64,000 bases of DNA, taken from contig CBDEUP010000007.1 of assembly GCA_965243315.1 (NCBI GenBank), forward strand, positions 664,221 to 728,220, in the 5' to 3' direction. The notes under the pieces are model-generated. The model worked only from the letters and a program-made list of their open reading frames with translations, ran no database searches and had not been told where the DNA came from. How positions within the stretch are numbered: the stretch's first letter is position 1; each line of letters starts with the position of its first letter. Positions 17,431-26,718 of this stretch are shown here, piece after piece. The translations under genes were made by a program, and so were the position numbers. Source of the DNA: Alphaproteobacteria bacterium. GTDB taxonomy: Bacteria; Pseudomonadota; Alphaproteobacteria; UBA828.

Positions 17431-18710
17431 GGTGACGTAAGAATTTATGTGTCAGGTGGGAAGGGGGTACTCCCTGTGGTGACGACAACCACAAACAGGA
17501 GCACCCCGCATGTCCCAGCAAGCTGCGACGATCATGAGCCTACCCCAGGCCTTTGAGGTGGTGAAGGAGATGCAGGCAGGCGGACTGGACTGGGGCGAAG
17601 GCTACCGCCCGCTCGGCCGCCAGGCGCTGGCCGAGATCATCGAGGGCCGGATGGCCGAGGCGGTGGATCGCTGGCTCGACAACCTCGACGCCGGCGCGAT
17701 GCGCGACCGGCGCAACGGGACCTACCGCCGCTGCCTGCTGAGCGAGCTCGGCGACATCGAGCTCAACGTGCCGCGCACCCGGCACTTCTGCCCGACCGGG
17801 GTTGTGAAGAGCTACGCAAGGCGCGCGCCGGAGATCGACCGTGCCATCCTGGCCGGCTTCGTGCTGGGGCTTTCGACGCGCAAGGTGGGCGAGGTCCTGC
17901 TGGCCCTGCTCGGGCGCCCGGTCTCGGCCGCGACGGTGAGCCGGGTCTCCAAGACGCTCGACATGGCGGTCGAGGCCTTCCACCGCAGGCCGCTGAAGAA
18001 CGCCTACAAGGCGCTGATGCTCGACGGCGTGGTGCTGGCCCGCAAGACCGGCGCCGGCGCGCTCAGGAGGCCGGTCCTGGTGGCGCTCGGCATCCGCCCC
18101 GACGGCAAGAAGGAGATCATCGACTTCCATCTCGCCGTCAGCGAAGGCGCCCGCGAGTGGGAAGCGTTCCTCAACCGGCTGTACCACCGCGGGCTCACCG
18201 GCGAAGGCCTTGAGATGATCTGCGTCGATGGCGGCAAGGGCCTGCTGGCTGCCTTGCCGTTCGTCTATCCCGGCATCCCGGTTCAGAGGTGCTGGGCGCA
18301 CAAGATGCGCAACATCCTCAACAAGGTCCGCAAGGCCGACCAGGAGGCCGTCAAGGCCGATGTCCACGCCGTCATGAATGCAAAGAGCCGCCGCAAGGCC
18401 CAGAGCGCCGCCCGACGCTTCGCCGACCGCTGGCAAAGCACCTACCCCAAGGCCGTCGCCTGCCTGCGCAGCGATCTCGACGAGCTGCTCACCTGCTTCC
18501 GCTACCGGACCCTCGATGAGCGAAAGCGGGTCAGGACCACCAACGCCATCGAACGAAGGTTCCGGGAGGTCCGCAGACGAACCCGGCCCATGGGAACCTT
18601 CCAGGACCGGACCTCAATGGACCGCGTCCTCTACGCGGTATTCATCCACGAAAACAAGTCTCAGGGAATCAGCACCCCCGTCTCCCTGACACATAACTCT
18701 TGACGTTACC
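17431..18710 (+). mobile_element. intact IS256-family insertion sequence, about 1.28 kb, with imperfect terminal inverted repeats of about 26 bp
   Basis: The left end GGTGACGTAAGAATTTATGTGTCAGG matches the reverse complement of the right end GGTAACGTCAAGAGTTATGTGTCAGG at 21 of 26 positions. One IS256-type transposase ORF. Flanked by a 9-bp direct repeat. Confidence 0.8.
17510..18703 (+). CDS. IS256-family transposase (Transposase_mut / MULE)
   Basis: 397 aa. Characteristic IS256 transposase sequence along its length (LGIRPDGKKEIIDF, CVDGGKGLLAA, QRCWAHKMRNIL, FRYR). Ends 7 bp inside the right inverted repeat. Confidence 0.9.
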   Translation: MSQQAATIMSLPQAFEVVKEMQAGGLDWGEGYRPLGRQALAEIIEGRMAEAVDRWLDNLDAGAMRDRRNGTYRRCLLSELGDIELNVPRTRHFCPTGVVKSYARRAPEIDRAILAGFVLGLSTRKVGEVLLALLGRPVSAATVSRVSKTLDMAVEAFHRRPLKNAYKALMLDGVVLARKTGAGALRRPVLVALGIRPDGKKEIIDFHLAVSEGAREWEAFLNRLYHRGLTGEGLEMICVDGGKGLLAALPFVYPGIPVQRCWAHKMRNILNKVRKADQEAVKADVHAVMNAKSRRKAQSAARRFADRWQSTYPKAVACLRSDLDELLTCFRYRTLDERKRVRTTNAIERRFREVRRRTRPMGTFQDRTSMDRVLYAVFIHENKSQGISTPVSLTHNS

Positions 18711-18719
18711 CTGCCACGG
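18711..18719. repeat. right copy of the 9-bp target-site duplication CTGCCACGG
   Basis: Identical to 17422..17430. Confidence 0.7.
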
Positions 18720-18741
18720 CGTTGGGTGGACTCCCGCAAAT

Positions 18742-18762
18742 TAACGCAATTACAATGCGTTA
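18742..18762. promoter_or_regulatory. AT-rich 21-bp palindrome TAACGCA-N7-TGCGTTA, a candidate transcription-factor operator now separated from amt by the IS
   Basis: Perfect 7-bp inverted repeat with a 7-bp spacer in a locally AT-rich patch that is unusual in a 70% GC background. It lies in what would be the amt upstream region without the IS. Confidence 0.3.
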
Positions 18763-18919
18763 TAGAGAGAGTGAGGGGTCGCGGTGATAAAGTCCTTGCG
18801 ACGGGGAGTTGACGCGGGTTTGAAACTTTCGAGTCGCTGGACCCTCACGAATTGGGGGTCAGAGACGGCTCGAGGCCGTTCGACCGGCCGTTCTGGAACC
18901 CCCGGAGAGAGGACGCAGC

Positions 18920-19777
18920 CTAGCCTTGGGCCGTCATGACGAAGTCGTGGTCGAGACGCAGGCCCTCGTCCGTCTCGTCGTAGTGCACGACCAGGGAGTC
19001 CTTGACGCCGAAGACGGCATCGCTCCCGAGATAGGGGTCGTCGTCGGTGAAGAGCTGCGTCACCAGCGTCTCATACCCCGCCGCCGACAGCATGAAATGA
19101 ATGTGGGCCGGGCGCCAGTTGTGACGGCCGGCGGCGTCCAGCATGGCGCCCACGGGACCATCGCCCGGGATCGTGTAGCTCACCGGCTTGCGGGTGCGGA
19201 ACCAGTAGCGCCCGTCCGCCTCGGTGGTGAGCCGGCCGCAGAGGTTGAACGAAGTCCCGGACGGATCCTGCGCCGCGTACGCGGCGTTTGACGCAGTCTG
19301 CCAGATGTCGAGCACCGCGCCTTCGATGGGCGCACCGTCGAGGTCGATCACTTTGCCCGAGACAAGCACGCGCTCGCCGCCGGTCTCGGCCTCCGCCAAG
19401 TCGGCGCCGTTTTCGTAGTCCGGCGCGCCCTCGCGATAAAAGGGGCCGAGCACGCTGCTCTCGGTGGCGCCGCTTGGTTTGCGGTTGTTGATGGCGTCGA
19501 TCAGCATGCTCGCGCCGAGCGTGTCCGAGAGCAGGATGAACTCCTGGCGGTTTTCGTCGCACTTCTTGCCGGTCTCAGTCAGGAAGCGGATCGCCGCGAG
19601 CCATTCTTCCTCGGTCGGCTCGATGTCGCGGATGAACCCGTGAAGGTGCCGGGTCAGGCTGACCATGATCTCCCGCAACCGCCCGTCGGCGCCCTGTTCC
19701 AGACGCTCGATCGCTGCCTGCGTGATCTCGTCTTCGATGCTTAAGGACTGGGTCTCAGCGCGCGCGGTCTTCACCAT
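18920..19777 (-). CDS. intradiol ring-cleavage dioxygenase (hydroxyquinol/catechol 1,2-dioxygenase family)
   Basis: 285 aa. N-terminal dioxygenase helical domain, then the intradiol core with the conserved LD.W, Y..P..G and RPAHIHF motifs. Confidence 0.75.
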   Translation of the reverse strand: MVKTARAETQSLSIEDEITQAAIERLEQGADGRLREIMVSLTRHLHGFIRDIEPTEEEWLAAIRFLTETGKKCDENRQEFILLSDTLGASMLIDAINNRKPSGATESSVLGPFYREGAPDYENGADLAEAETGGERVLVSGKVIDLDGAPIEGAVLDIWQTASNAAYAAQDPSGTSFNLCGRLTTEADGRYWFRTRKPVSYTIPGDGPVGAMLDAAGRHNWRPAHIHFMLSAAGYETLVTQLFTDDDPYLGSDAVFGVKDSLVVHYDETDEGLRLDHDFVMTAQG

Positions 19778-19877
19778 CGCGGGTCACTCCCTCGTCTGCA
19801 GCCCATGCCATGCGGGCCGTACGTGCCAGCGGCGGTCGCTCGCCGAGGGCGGGGGAGCCGACGCGCCGCCGGGCCGA

Positions 19878-20987
19878 CTAGTTGCCGACGCGACGCCCCG
19901 AGATCGGGTCGAAGAACAATAGGGTCTCGGTATCCAGATGCACCTCGACCCGGTCGCCGTCGTTGAACTCTTGCACGCCCGCGACGGTCAGCGCCAAATT
20001 AATCCCCGCCAGATCGATGCCGACCGTCGTGTGCATGCCGAGCGGCTCAAGATCGTTGACGATCCCGGTCCGGTGCGTTTCGGTCGCGGTCGAGGGCACA
20101 ATCCGGACATGCTCTGGGCGAAGGCCGACCTCAACCTCGCTCAAATGCGCGGGCAGGCCGTGCTCCATGCGATCCGGCAAGGGCAGGTTCATCGAGCCGA
20201 TGGAAAGTCTGGCGGTGCCGTTCTCGCGCGCGAGCCGGCCGGGGACGATATTGATCTTGGGATTGCCGACGAAGCGGGCCACGTCACGGTCGGCCGGCTC
20301 GTCATAGAGCTCCTGCGCCTTCGCGATCTGACGCACCTCGCCTTCCAGCAGGACGCAGACGGTATCCGCCAGCGCCAGCGCCTCGGTGTAGTCCGGTGTG
20401 GCGAAGACGAAGGTGCGCCCGAGGTCGCGCTGCAAGCGCTTCAACTCGGTCCTGAGTTCGATGCGGAGCATGAAGTCCAGGCTCGAGAGCGGCTCGTCCA
20501 GCAGGTAGAAGCGTGGCTCACGCACCATGGCTCGGCCCAGGGCCACGCGCTGCCGCTCGCCGCCGCTGAAGGTCGCCGGCAGGCGGTCGAGAATGTGGCC
20601 GATCTTGAGCAGCCCCGCGATCTCGTCGACCCGCTTGGCGATCTCGGCCTTCGGCATCCTGGCGAGCTTGAGCGGGGAGGCTACGTTCTCGTACCCCGTC
20701 TTGTTGGGGTAGAGCGCGAGATTGTCGAAGATCATCGCGATGTCGCGCCGGTTGGGCTGCAGCTTGGTGAAGTTCTGCCCTTCGACCCAGACCTCGCCCG
20801 AGGTCGGCGCCTCGAGCCCAGCGACGATCCTCAGCGTGGTCGTTTTGCCGGCTCCGGCTGGGCCCAAGAGCACGATCAGCGAGCCACGCGGGACCTCCAG
20901 GCTCAACTCCTTGAGCGCCTGAACCGAACCGAAGTTCTTGGAGATGGAGCGAAGCTGCAGGAGGGGTTCGTCCATGGCCGGGCTCAC
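19878..20987 (-). CDS. ABC transporter ATP-binding protein (MalK/UgpC-like, with C-terminal regulatory/transport-associated domain)
   Basis: Walker A GPAGAGKTT, signature FSGGERQRV, Walker B LLDEP. Its start overlaps the stop of the upstream ATPase (ATGA). Confidence 0.85.
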   Translation of the reverse strand: MSPAMDEPLLQLRSISKNFGSVQALKELSLEVPRGSLIVLLGPAGAGKTTTLRIVAGLEAPTSGEVWVEGQNFTKLQPNRRDIAMIFDNLALYPNKTGYENVASPLKLARMPKAEIAKRVDEIAGLLKIGHILDRLPATFSGGERQRVALGRAMVREPRFYLLDEPLSSLDFMLRIELRTELKRLQRDLGRTFVFATPDYTEALALADTVCVLLEGEVRQIAKAQELYDEPADRDVARFVGNPKINIVPGRLARENGTARLSIGSMNLPLPDRMEHGLPAHLSEVEVGLRPEHVRIVPSTATETHRTGIVNDLEPLGMHTTVGIDLAGINLALTVAGVQEFNDGDRVEVHLDTETLLFFDPISGRRVGN

Positions 20988-22075
20988 GCCTTGAAGCGGA
21001 CGCCCGATGCGGCGTCGAACAGGGCCAGCAACTCAGCATCCGGCCGGATTGCGATTTCGGCCCCTTCGTGGGCCTGCGTGCCGGTCTCCACGACCAGCTT
21101 CAGGTCGGACTCGCCGATGCGAACCGTGAGAACGGTCTCCGGTCCCTGCGGCTCCACCGCGACGACCGCAGCGATGAAGGCTGCCGGGTCGCCCGCTTCC
21201 GCCAGCATCATCGACTCCGGCCGCATGCCAACGATCACCTCGGCGCCGTCACTCACTGCACCCGCGCTGGCAGTCGGGACGGGAATGATCGAGCCGTTCT
21301 GCGCCACGACCGGCCGGTTGCCGTCATGGCCGAACTGACCGTGCACGAAGTTCATCGGCGGGTTGCCGAGGAAGCTGCCGACGAAGGTGTTGTCGGGATA
21401 GTGGTAGACGTTGTGCGCCGTGTCGTATTGCTTGAGCTGGCCGAAATCCATGACGGCGATACGGTGTGCGAGCGAGAGCGCCTCGATCTGGTCATGGGTG
21501 ACATAGATGATGGTCTGCCCGGTCTCGGCCTGAATGCGCCGGAGCTCACGGCGCATCTGGTTGCGCATCTCGGCTTCCAGATTGCTCAGCGGCTCGTCGA
21601 GCAGCAGGATCTCGGGGTTTGTCACCAGCGTCCGCCCGATCGCGACGCGCTGAAGCTCACTCGCGCCGAGCTCCAGCGGCTTGTAGTCGAGCTGATGCTC
21701 GAGGTGAAGGAACGCGGCGACCTTCGCCACCTCGCGGTCGATATCGGCGCGCCCCATGCCGCGCACGCGGAGCCCGTATTCCAGATTGCGCCTGACGTTC
21801 ATGTGGGTGAAGACGGCGTAGTCCTGGAACACCAGGCCGACATTGCGCTGGCCGGGGGGCACCTGAAGCACTGACTGCCCGTCGATGAGGATGTCGCCCG
21901 AGGTGGGCGCCTCGAGGCCCACGATCATGTTCAGCGTGGTGGACTTGCCGCAGCCGGACGGCCCCAGCAACGCCATGGTCTCGCCTTCCTCGCAAGCGAG
22001 GGACATGTCGTCGACGGCGATGAGTTCGCCGAACTCCTTGCGGAGCTCCACCAGCTCAAGCTTGATGTTTGCCAT
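20984..22075 (-). CDS. ABC transporter ATP-binding protein (second, distinct MalK-like ATPase of the same system)
   Basis: Walker A GPSGCGKST, an LSGG-like motif ELQRVAIGR, Walker B LLLDEP, and a C-terminal transport-associated (TOBE) domain. Confidence 0.85.
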   Translation of the reverse strand: MANIKLELVELRKEFGELIAVDDMSLACEEGETMALLGPSGCGKSTTLNMIVGLEAPTSGDILIDGQSVLQVPPGQRNVGLVFQDYAVFTHMNVRRNLEYGLRVRGMGRADIDREVAKVAAFLHLEHQLDYKPLELGASELQRVAIGRTLVTNPEILLLDEPLSNLEAEMRNQMRRELRRIQAETGQTIIYVTHDQIEALSLAHRIAVMDFGQLKQYDTAHNVYHYPDNTFVGSFLGNPPMNFVHGQFGHDGNRPVVAQNGSIIPVPTASAGAVSDGAEVIVGMRPESMMLAEAGDPAAFIAAVVAVEPQGPETVLTVRIGESDLKLVVETGTQAHEGAEIAIRPDAELLALFDAASGVRFKA

Positions 22076-22084
22076 CGTGCCGCG

Positions 22085-23032
22085 CTAACGCTTGATCGCG
22101 CCGAGGGTGAGGCCGCGCACCAGATGCCGCTGGATGAAGAAGCCGACGATCACCAGCGGGACGATGGAGACGCACGCGAGCGCCGCCTGAATGCCGTATT
22201 GCTGGCCCGATGTGGCGCTGAAGTACTTCGACAGCTTGACCGGGATCGTCTCGACGTTGGTGTAGGTCAGCACTAGCGCGAACAGGAACTCGCTCCAGTT
22301 GAGGATGAAGATGAAGAGCGAGGTCGCGATCAGGCCGCCCTTGATGAGCGGCACAGTGACTTTGATGTGCGCCTCCCATCGCGACATGCCGTCCATCATC
22401 GCCGCTTCCTCGATCTCCTGAGGCAGCTCGTCGATGAAGCTTTTCAGCATCCAGGTGGAGAACGGCACCGTGACCGCGGCGTAGGCCAGTATCAGGCCCC
22501 AATAGGAGTCGGTTGCCTCGATTCCCGGCGCGCTGAACATCACCACGAACGGGATGGCGATCGCAATGGGCGGGAACATTCGCCCCGATAATATGAAGAA
22601 GGGTGTGACGTTGCCGCCAAATCGGTATCGCGCAATGGCAATTGCAGCCATAAAGCCGACCACAATGGACAGCATTGTCGAGAGCACCGAAATGATGACC
22701 GAGCCCCGGATGGACTGCCACGCCGACTTGGTCAGGAAGTCTGCGACTGCGCCGCTCACCGCGTCGGATTCGGTCGCACGCTGCGCGGTGACCTCGCCCT
22801 CCTCGGTGTACTGGCCGAGACCGCCCCGCTGCTCGAGCAGGACCGACGGCCACAGAATGACGAGATAGTTGGTGACGGTGCCGTTCTCCGACACCCACAC
22901 CGGCGGCGTCGTGACCCACTCGTTGGACGGCTTGAACGACGTGGACACCATCCAGAACAGCGGGAACACCGCGAAGAGGAGCCCGAAGGCGAGCCCGATC
23001 GCGCTGCCAGGGCCGAATTTCCGCGCGCCCAT
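22085..23032 (-). CDS. ABC transporter permease (MalG/UgpE-like, CUT1-type)
   Basis: Six transmembrane helices, N-terminal FPLFWMVSTSFK, and an EAA loop (EAAMMDGMSRW). Confidence 0.85.
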   Translation of the reverse strand: MGARKFGPGSAIGLAFGLLFAVFPLFWMVSTSFKPSNEWVTTPPVWVSENGTVTNYLVILWPSVLLEQRGGLGQYTEEGEVTAQRATESDAVSGAVADFLTKSAWQSIRGSVIISVLSTMLSIVVGFMAAIAIARYRFGGNVTPFFILSGRMFPPIAIAIPFVVMFSAPGIEATDSYWGLILAYAAVTVPFSTWMLKSFIDELPQEIEEAAMMDGMSRWEAHIKVTVPLIKGGLIATSLFIFILNWSEFLFALVLTYTNVETIPVKLSKYFSATSGQQYGIQAALACVSIVPLVIVGFFIQRHLVRGLTLGAIKR

Positions 23033-24019
23033 CTAGCGCTTCTCCAGCAACTCGTAGCGGATCGGCTTCAGCATCATGTTGATCATCACCACCGTGATCA
23101 CCAGCACGATGAAGCCCGCCGACCCGGCGTAGGCGAGGCGGAAGTCCTGGAAACCGAGTTTGTATAGATAGAGGCTCATGGTCTCGGTCGCGGTGCCGGG
23201 ACCGCCGCGCGTCAGGATGTAGATCTCGTCGAAGAGCTTGATGACCTCCATGCCGCGGATCACGAAGGCGATGATGATGACGCCCCGCATGTTGGGCATG
23301 ATGACGGTCCAGAAGATTCGCCAGTTGCTGGCGCCGAGCACGGTCGCCGCCCGCACCGGGTTCTCTGGCACCGCGTTGAGGCCCGAGAGCAGGATCAGGA
23401 AGAACAGCGGCGTCCAGTGCCAGACTTCCGTGATGACCACGGCGAAGAAGGCCAGCACACCGTTGTTGAGCCACTGCAAATCGGCCCCAGCGGAGGTGCC
23501 GCCAATCCATCCCAGCACCTGATTGACCGGACCACTGTACTGGAACAGCATGAACCAGGTGTAGCCGACGACGACCGGCATGATCATCATCGGGGTCAGC
23601 AGCGCGGTGAACCAGATGCGCTTGCCCCAGAACGTTTTAAGGAAAATCGTGGCCAGCCCGAGCCCGATGACGAACTCGAGGCAGAGGCTGAGCACTGATA
23701 TTGCGAGCGTCCGGCCCAGCGCCTCGAGGAAGCGCGGCTCGTCCGTCACCAGATAGTAGTAGTTGAGGCCGAGCTCGGTATCGCCGGAGAACACCGTCCC
23801 CACGGCGTGCCAGATGGAGGTTCCGTAAGTCGGCTGCCACTCGGTCAGCGCGACGAAAAACTCCAGGCCGAAGGGGAAGATCAACATCGTGATTAACAGA
23901 AGCTGAACCGGCGTGATGAAAAGCACGCCGATGTAACGCTTGTCATTGGGGTCGAACAGGCGTGCCCGCGCCTGCAATGTACGCGCGGGCACGCCCCCGT
24001 TCGCAGCTTTCGTAACCAC
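23033..24019 (-). CDS. ABC transporter permease (MalF/UgpA-like)
   Basis: Six transmembrane helices and an EAA motif region. Its stop abuts the start of the next permease gene. Confidence 0.85.
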   Translation of the reverse strand: MVTKAANGGVPARTLQARARLFDPNDKRYIGVLFITPVQLLLITMLIFPFGLEFFVALTEWQPTYGTSIWHAVGTVFSGDTELGLNYYYLVTDEPRFLEALGRTLAISVLSLCLEFVIGLGLATIFLKTFWGKRIWFTALLTPMMIMPVVVGYTWFMLFQYSGPVNQVLGWIGGTSAGADLQWLNNGVLAFFAVVITEVWHWTPLFFLILLSGLNAVPENPVRAATVLGASNWRIFWTVIMPNMRGVIIIAFVIRGMEVIKLFDEIYILTRGGPGTATETMSLYLYKLGFQDFRLAYAGSAGFIVLVITVVMINMMLKPIRYELLEKR

Positions 24020-24054
24020 GTTACCTGCGGTCCGGTTGTGCTGTTACTGTCGGA

Positions 24055-25701
24055 CTACAGAACCCACTTGTCGACGCCGACGAGCTTCTGCAGCGGCTCG
24101 GGATACATCTTGGCCAGGCCGTGCCAGCTCTCTTTCTGCTCCGCCTTGCCCAGACGCCGCGTGATGCGGTTCTGCTCCTTGGCGGTGTCTTCCATGGCCT
24201 CTTCCGGCGACTTGTTGCCGTTGTAGGCCGCGGTCAGATTGACGTCGAGCGCGTTGAGGTACTCGGCCGCACCACGCAGCTGAATCTCCGGCACCGCGTC
24301 CACGATCGCCTCGGCGTGGGTCGCCAGGAAATCGCCCGGATAGGCTGCGAAGAACTCGGCCGACGGTGCGAAGAAGTGGTTGTCGCGCCACGGATCGAAG
24401 TAACCGCCCTCGTTCGGGATCGAGCGCATCGACATGGTCGGCCCCGTGATCCACTGCGAGAAGCAGTACGCAGCTTCCTGGATCGGCGAGTAGTTGCTGA
24501 CCACGAAGTCCCAGGCGAAGGCGTGGATGCACGAGCGAATGAGCTCGCCGTTGTGCATGGTGCCCGGCACCTTCGAGACGGCGGTCTGCGAAGGCTCGCC
24601 GTCCTCGCCCTTGGCGGCGATGATCGACTGGGAGCCCGCCGCGTCGTTGCTGTAACGCCAGAGTGACGGCCATCCGAACTCGCAGAAACCACGGCCCTGC
24701 GCGTAGTACTGCGCGTAGTTCTCGGTGAAGCCGTAGGTGAACTGCTCGGCCGGCATGATGTCCTGCAGCGCGATCAGCTCCTTGACCGTCTCGATGCCCT
24801 GCGGCGTGTCGGCCAGCGAGTTCATGTCCTCGTCGAAGTAGAAGTGACCCTTCGACTGGACCCGCGTCATCCAGTGGAACTTGTTCCAGAACGGCGAGCG
24901 GTACTCGAGCGCCCCGTAGAAGTTGTTGTCCGGGTCGTGCATCGTGGCGCAGAGCTCGTCGTACTCGGTCCAGGTATGGACCATCTCGCGCTTCGACTTC
25001 GGCGCCAGGCCCTTCTCGGCGAGCTTGTCCTTGCGGTAGCTGAGGTGCCACCAGTCGCCGTCACAATAGAGGCCGTAGGTCTTGCCCTTGTACTTCTGCC
25101 CGAAGTCGGACACCGGGAACTGAAGCTGGTTGGGCCCTGAGTAGACCTCGGGATCGTACTTGTCCATGTAGTCGTCCAGGGGCCGCGCCACGCCCGATTC
25201 GGCGAGGTCGGCGAGGCTCAGCGGCGCCGGGATCATGATGTCGTAACGACCCGTCTTGGCCACCGCTTCCTGCATCGCCTTCTGATGGGTCTCGGTGACC
25301 GGCACTTCGATCAGCTCGAGATCGAAGCCGGTGAGCCCCTTCCACTCCTCGACGAAGGGCGAGAGGTTACCGCCGGAGCCCGACGGGTACATGATGCTGA
25401 TGGTCTTCTTTTCGGCACTGTCGAAGAGCGCCTTGGCGCCGTTGATGGCACGCTCCTCAGGGGTGGCACCCTCAGCCGCCCAGGCCTGGCGCACGCTGAA
25501 GGGCGCCTGCTTCATGAGCATCGAGATTGCGCCCGCGCCGAGCCCGAGGCCGGCCATGCCCTTGATCAGGTCGCGCCGCGAGACCTTGTAGTTCTTCCGG
25601 TCCGCGTGCATCGACCAGAGCCGATACAACTCTTTCGTAAACTGCTGCTTTTTGTCGGTATGCGACATGCGCACCCTCCCTTCAGCACCGGGGGGAGACA
25701 T
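24055..25701 (-). CDS. ABC transporter periplasmic substrate-binding protein (large family-1 solute-binding protein, Tat signal)
   Basis: 548 aa. Twin-arginine motif SRRDLIKGMAGLGLGAGA. Typical two-lobe solute-binding-protein composition. First gene of the five-gene transporter operon. Confidence 0.8.
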   Translation of the reverse strand: MSPPGAEGRVRMSHTDKKQQFTKELYRLWSMHADRKNYKVSRRDLIKGMAGLGLGAGAISMLMKQAPFSVRQAWAAEGATPEERAINGAKALFDSAEKKTISIMYPSGSGGNLSPFVEEWKGLTGFDLELIEVPVTETHQKAMQEAVAKTGRYDIMIPAPLSLADLAESGVARPLDDYMDKYDPEVYSGPNQLQFPVSDFGQKYKGKTYGLYCDGDWWHLSYRKDKLAEKGLAPKSKREMVHTWTEYDELCATMHDPDNNFYGALEYRSPFWNKFHWMTRVQSKGHFYFDEDMNSLADTPQGIETVKELIALQDIMPAEQFTYGFTENYAQYYAQGRGFCEFGWPSLWRYSNDAAGSQSIIAAKGEDGEPSQTAVSKVPGTMHNGELIRSCIHAFAWDFVVSNYSPIQEAAYCFSQWITGPTMSMRSIPNEGGYFDPWRDNHFFAPSAEFFAAYPGDFLATHAEAIVDAVPEIQLRGAAEYLNALDVNLTAAYNGNKSPEEAMEDTAKEQNRITRRLGKAEQKESWHGLAKMYPEPLQKLVGVDKWVL

Positions 25702-26071
25702 CCGGCCCGGTTCTCATCGATTGTCCAAGGTTGATGCACCGCGCGGGCGCGGCGCGTATGACACTCCCTTTGCGCGGCGCACAATACAAGATGGCGTGCC
25801 CGCCACGCAAATGGAAATAGAGTACGATCTGATCCGATTGAATCGTCTTGATTTTCAACAGCTTAGTCTTCTCTCGCTTGAGGCGGATACACCTCCAGCG
25901 GGTTTCGGGGCGTTCGAATTGCCGCTGTTATCCAAGCTGGCAGCCGTTGTTAGCAGCCGTTCGGAGTAGGTTGTGATCCAGGTTGATCGGATAACGCTCT
26001 AGAATGCCCCTCGCACCCGCATGGCGGCAGCCGTGCCGGCGGCCCAACACACGTGGAGGCAGCACCCAGCG

Positions 26072-26644
26072 ATGCGCTGGATCAAGGAATACACCATCGA
26101 GAAGCCCGCGCTCTGTGACGAGCTGATCAAGGGCTTCAAGCGGACACGCCGCCTCGGCCTCACCCGGCCGGGGACGAGCGCCAAGGGCGTCGACAAGGCC
26201 TGGAAGGATTCCGAAGACGCGAGCCTGACCTGCTTCCCCTACGAGGTCTACGCCAAGACGGTGCGCGCCTATCGCGGTCACGTCATGGCCTGCCTCGCCG
26301 ACTACATGCGGGAGTTCTCGGTGCTGGGCGAGGCCTCGGACAAGCTCGGCTTCCTGGAGCCGCCGCAGATGCAGTACTACAAGCCGGGCGGAGCCTTCCA
26401 CGGCGCCCACTACGAGGCGAGCGGCCTCGACCTCGGCCACCGGGTGCTCGCCTTTCAGACCTTCCTGAACGACATCAGGGAGGGCGGCGGCACCTATTTC
26501 ACCTTCCAGGACCATCTGGTCCGGCCAGCCAAGGGCAAGACCCTGATCTGGCCGGCGGGCTTCACCCACACCCATAAGGGCGAGGTCGCGCCGCGCGAGG
26601 AGAAGTACATCATCACCGGCTGGATCAGTTTTATGGGGATTTAG
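26072..26644 (+). CDS. putative 2OG-Fe(II) oxygenase superfamily protein
   Basis: 190 aa from the internal ATG preceded by GGAGG. Contains His/Asp/His-rich segments (FHGAHYE ... FTHTHKGE) reminiscent of small 2OG-Fe(II) oxygenases. The assignment is tentative. Confidence 0.45.
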   Translation: MRWIKEYTIEKPALCDELIKGFKRTRRLGLTRPGTSAKGVDKAWKDSEDASLTCFPYEVYAKTVRAYRGHVMACLADYMREFSVLGEASDKLGFLEPPQMQYYKPGGAFHGAHYEASGLDLGHRVLAFQTFLNDIREGGGTYFTFQDHLVRPAKGKTLIWPAGFTHTHKGEVAPREEKYIITGWISFMGI

Positions 26645-26718
26645 TCATCGTCGTCTAAACACTCGTGGGGCGGCCGTGTGCCACGGCCTGTCCCCCGTTC
26701 GTCGGGGACGAACTCGTT

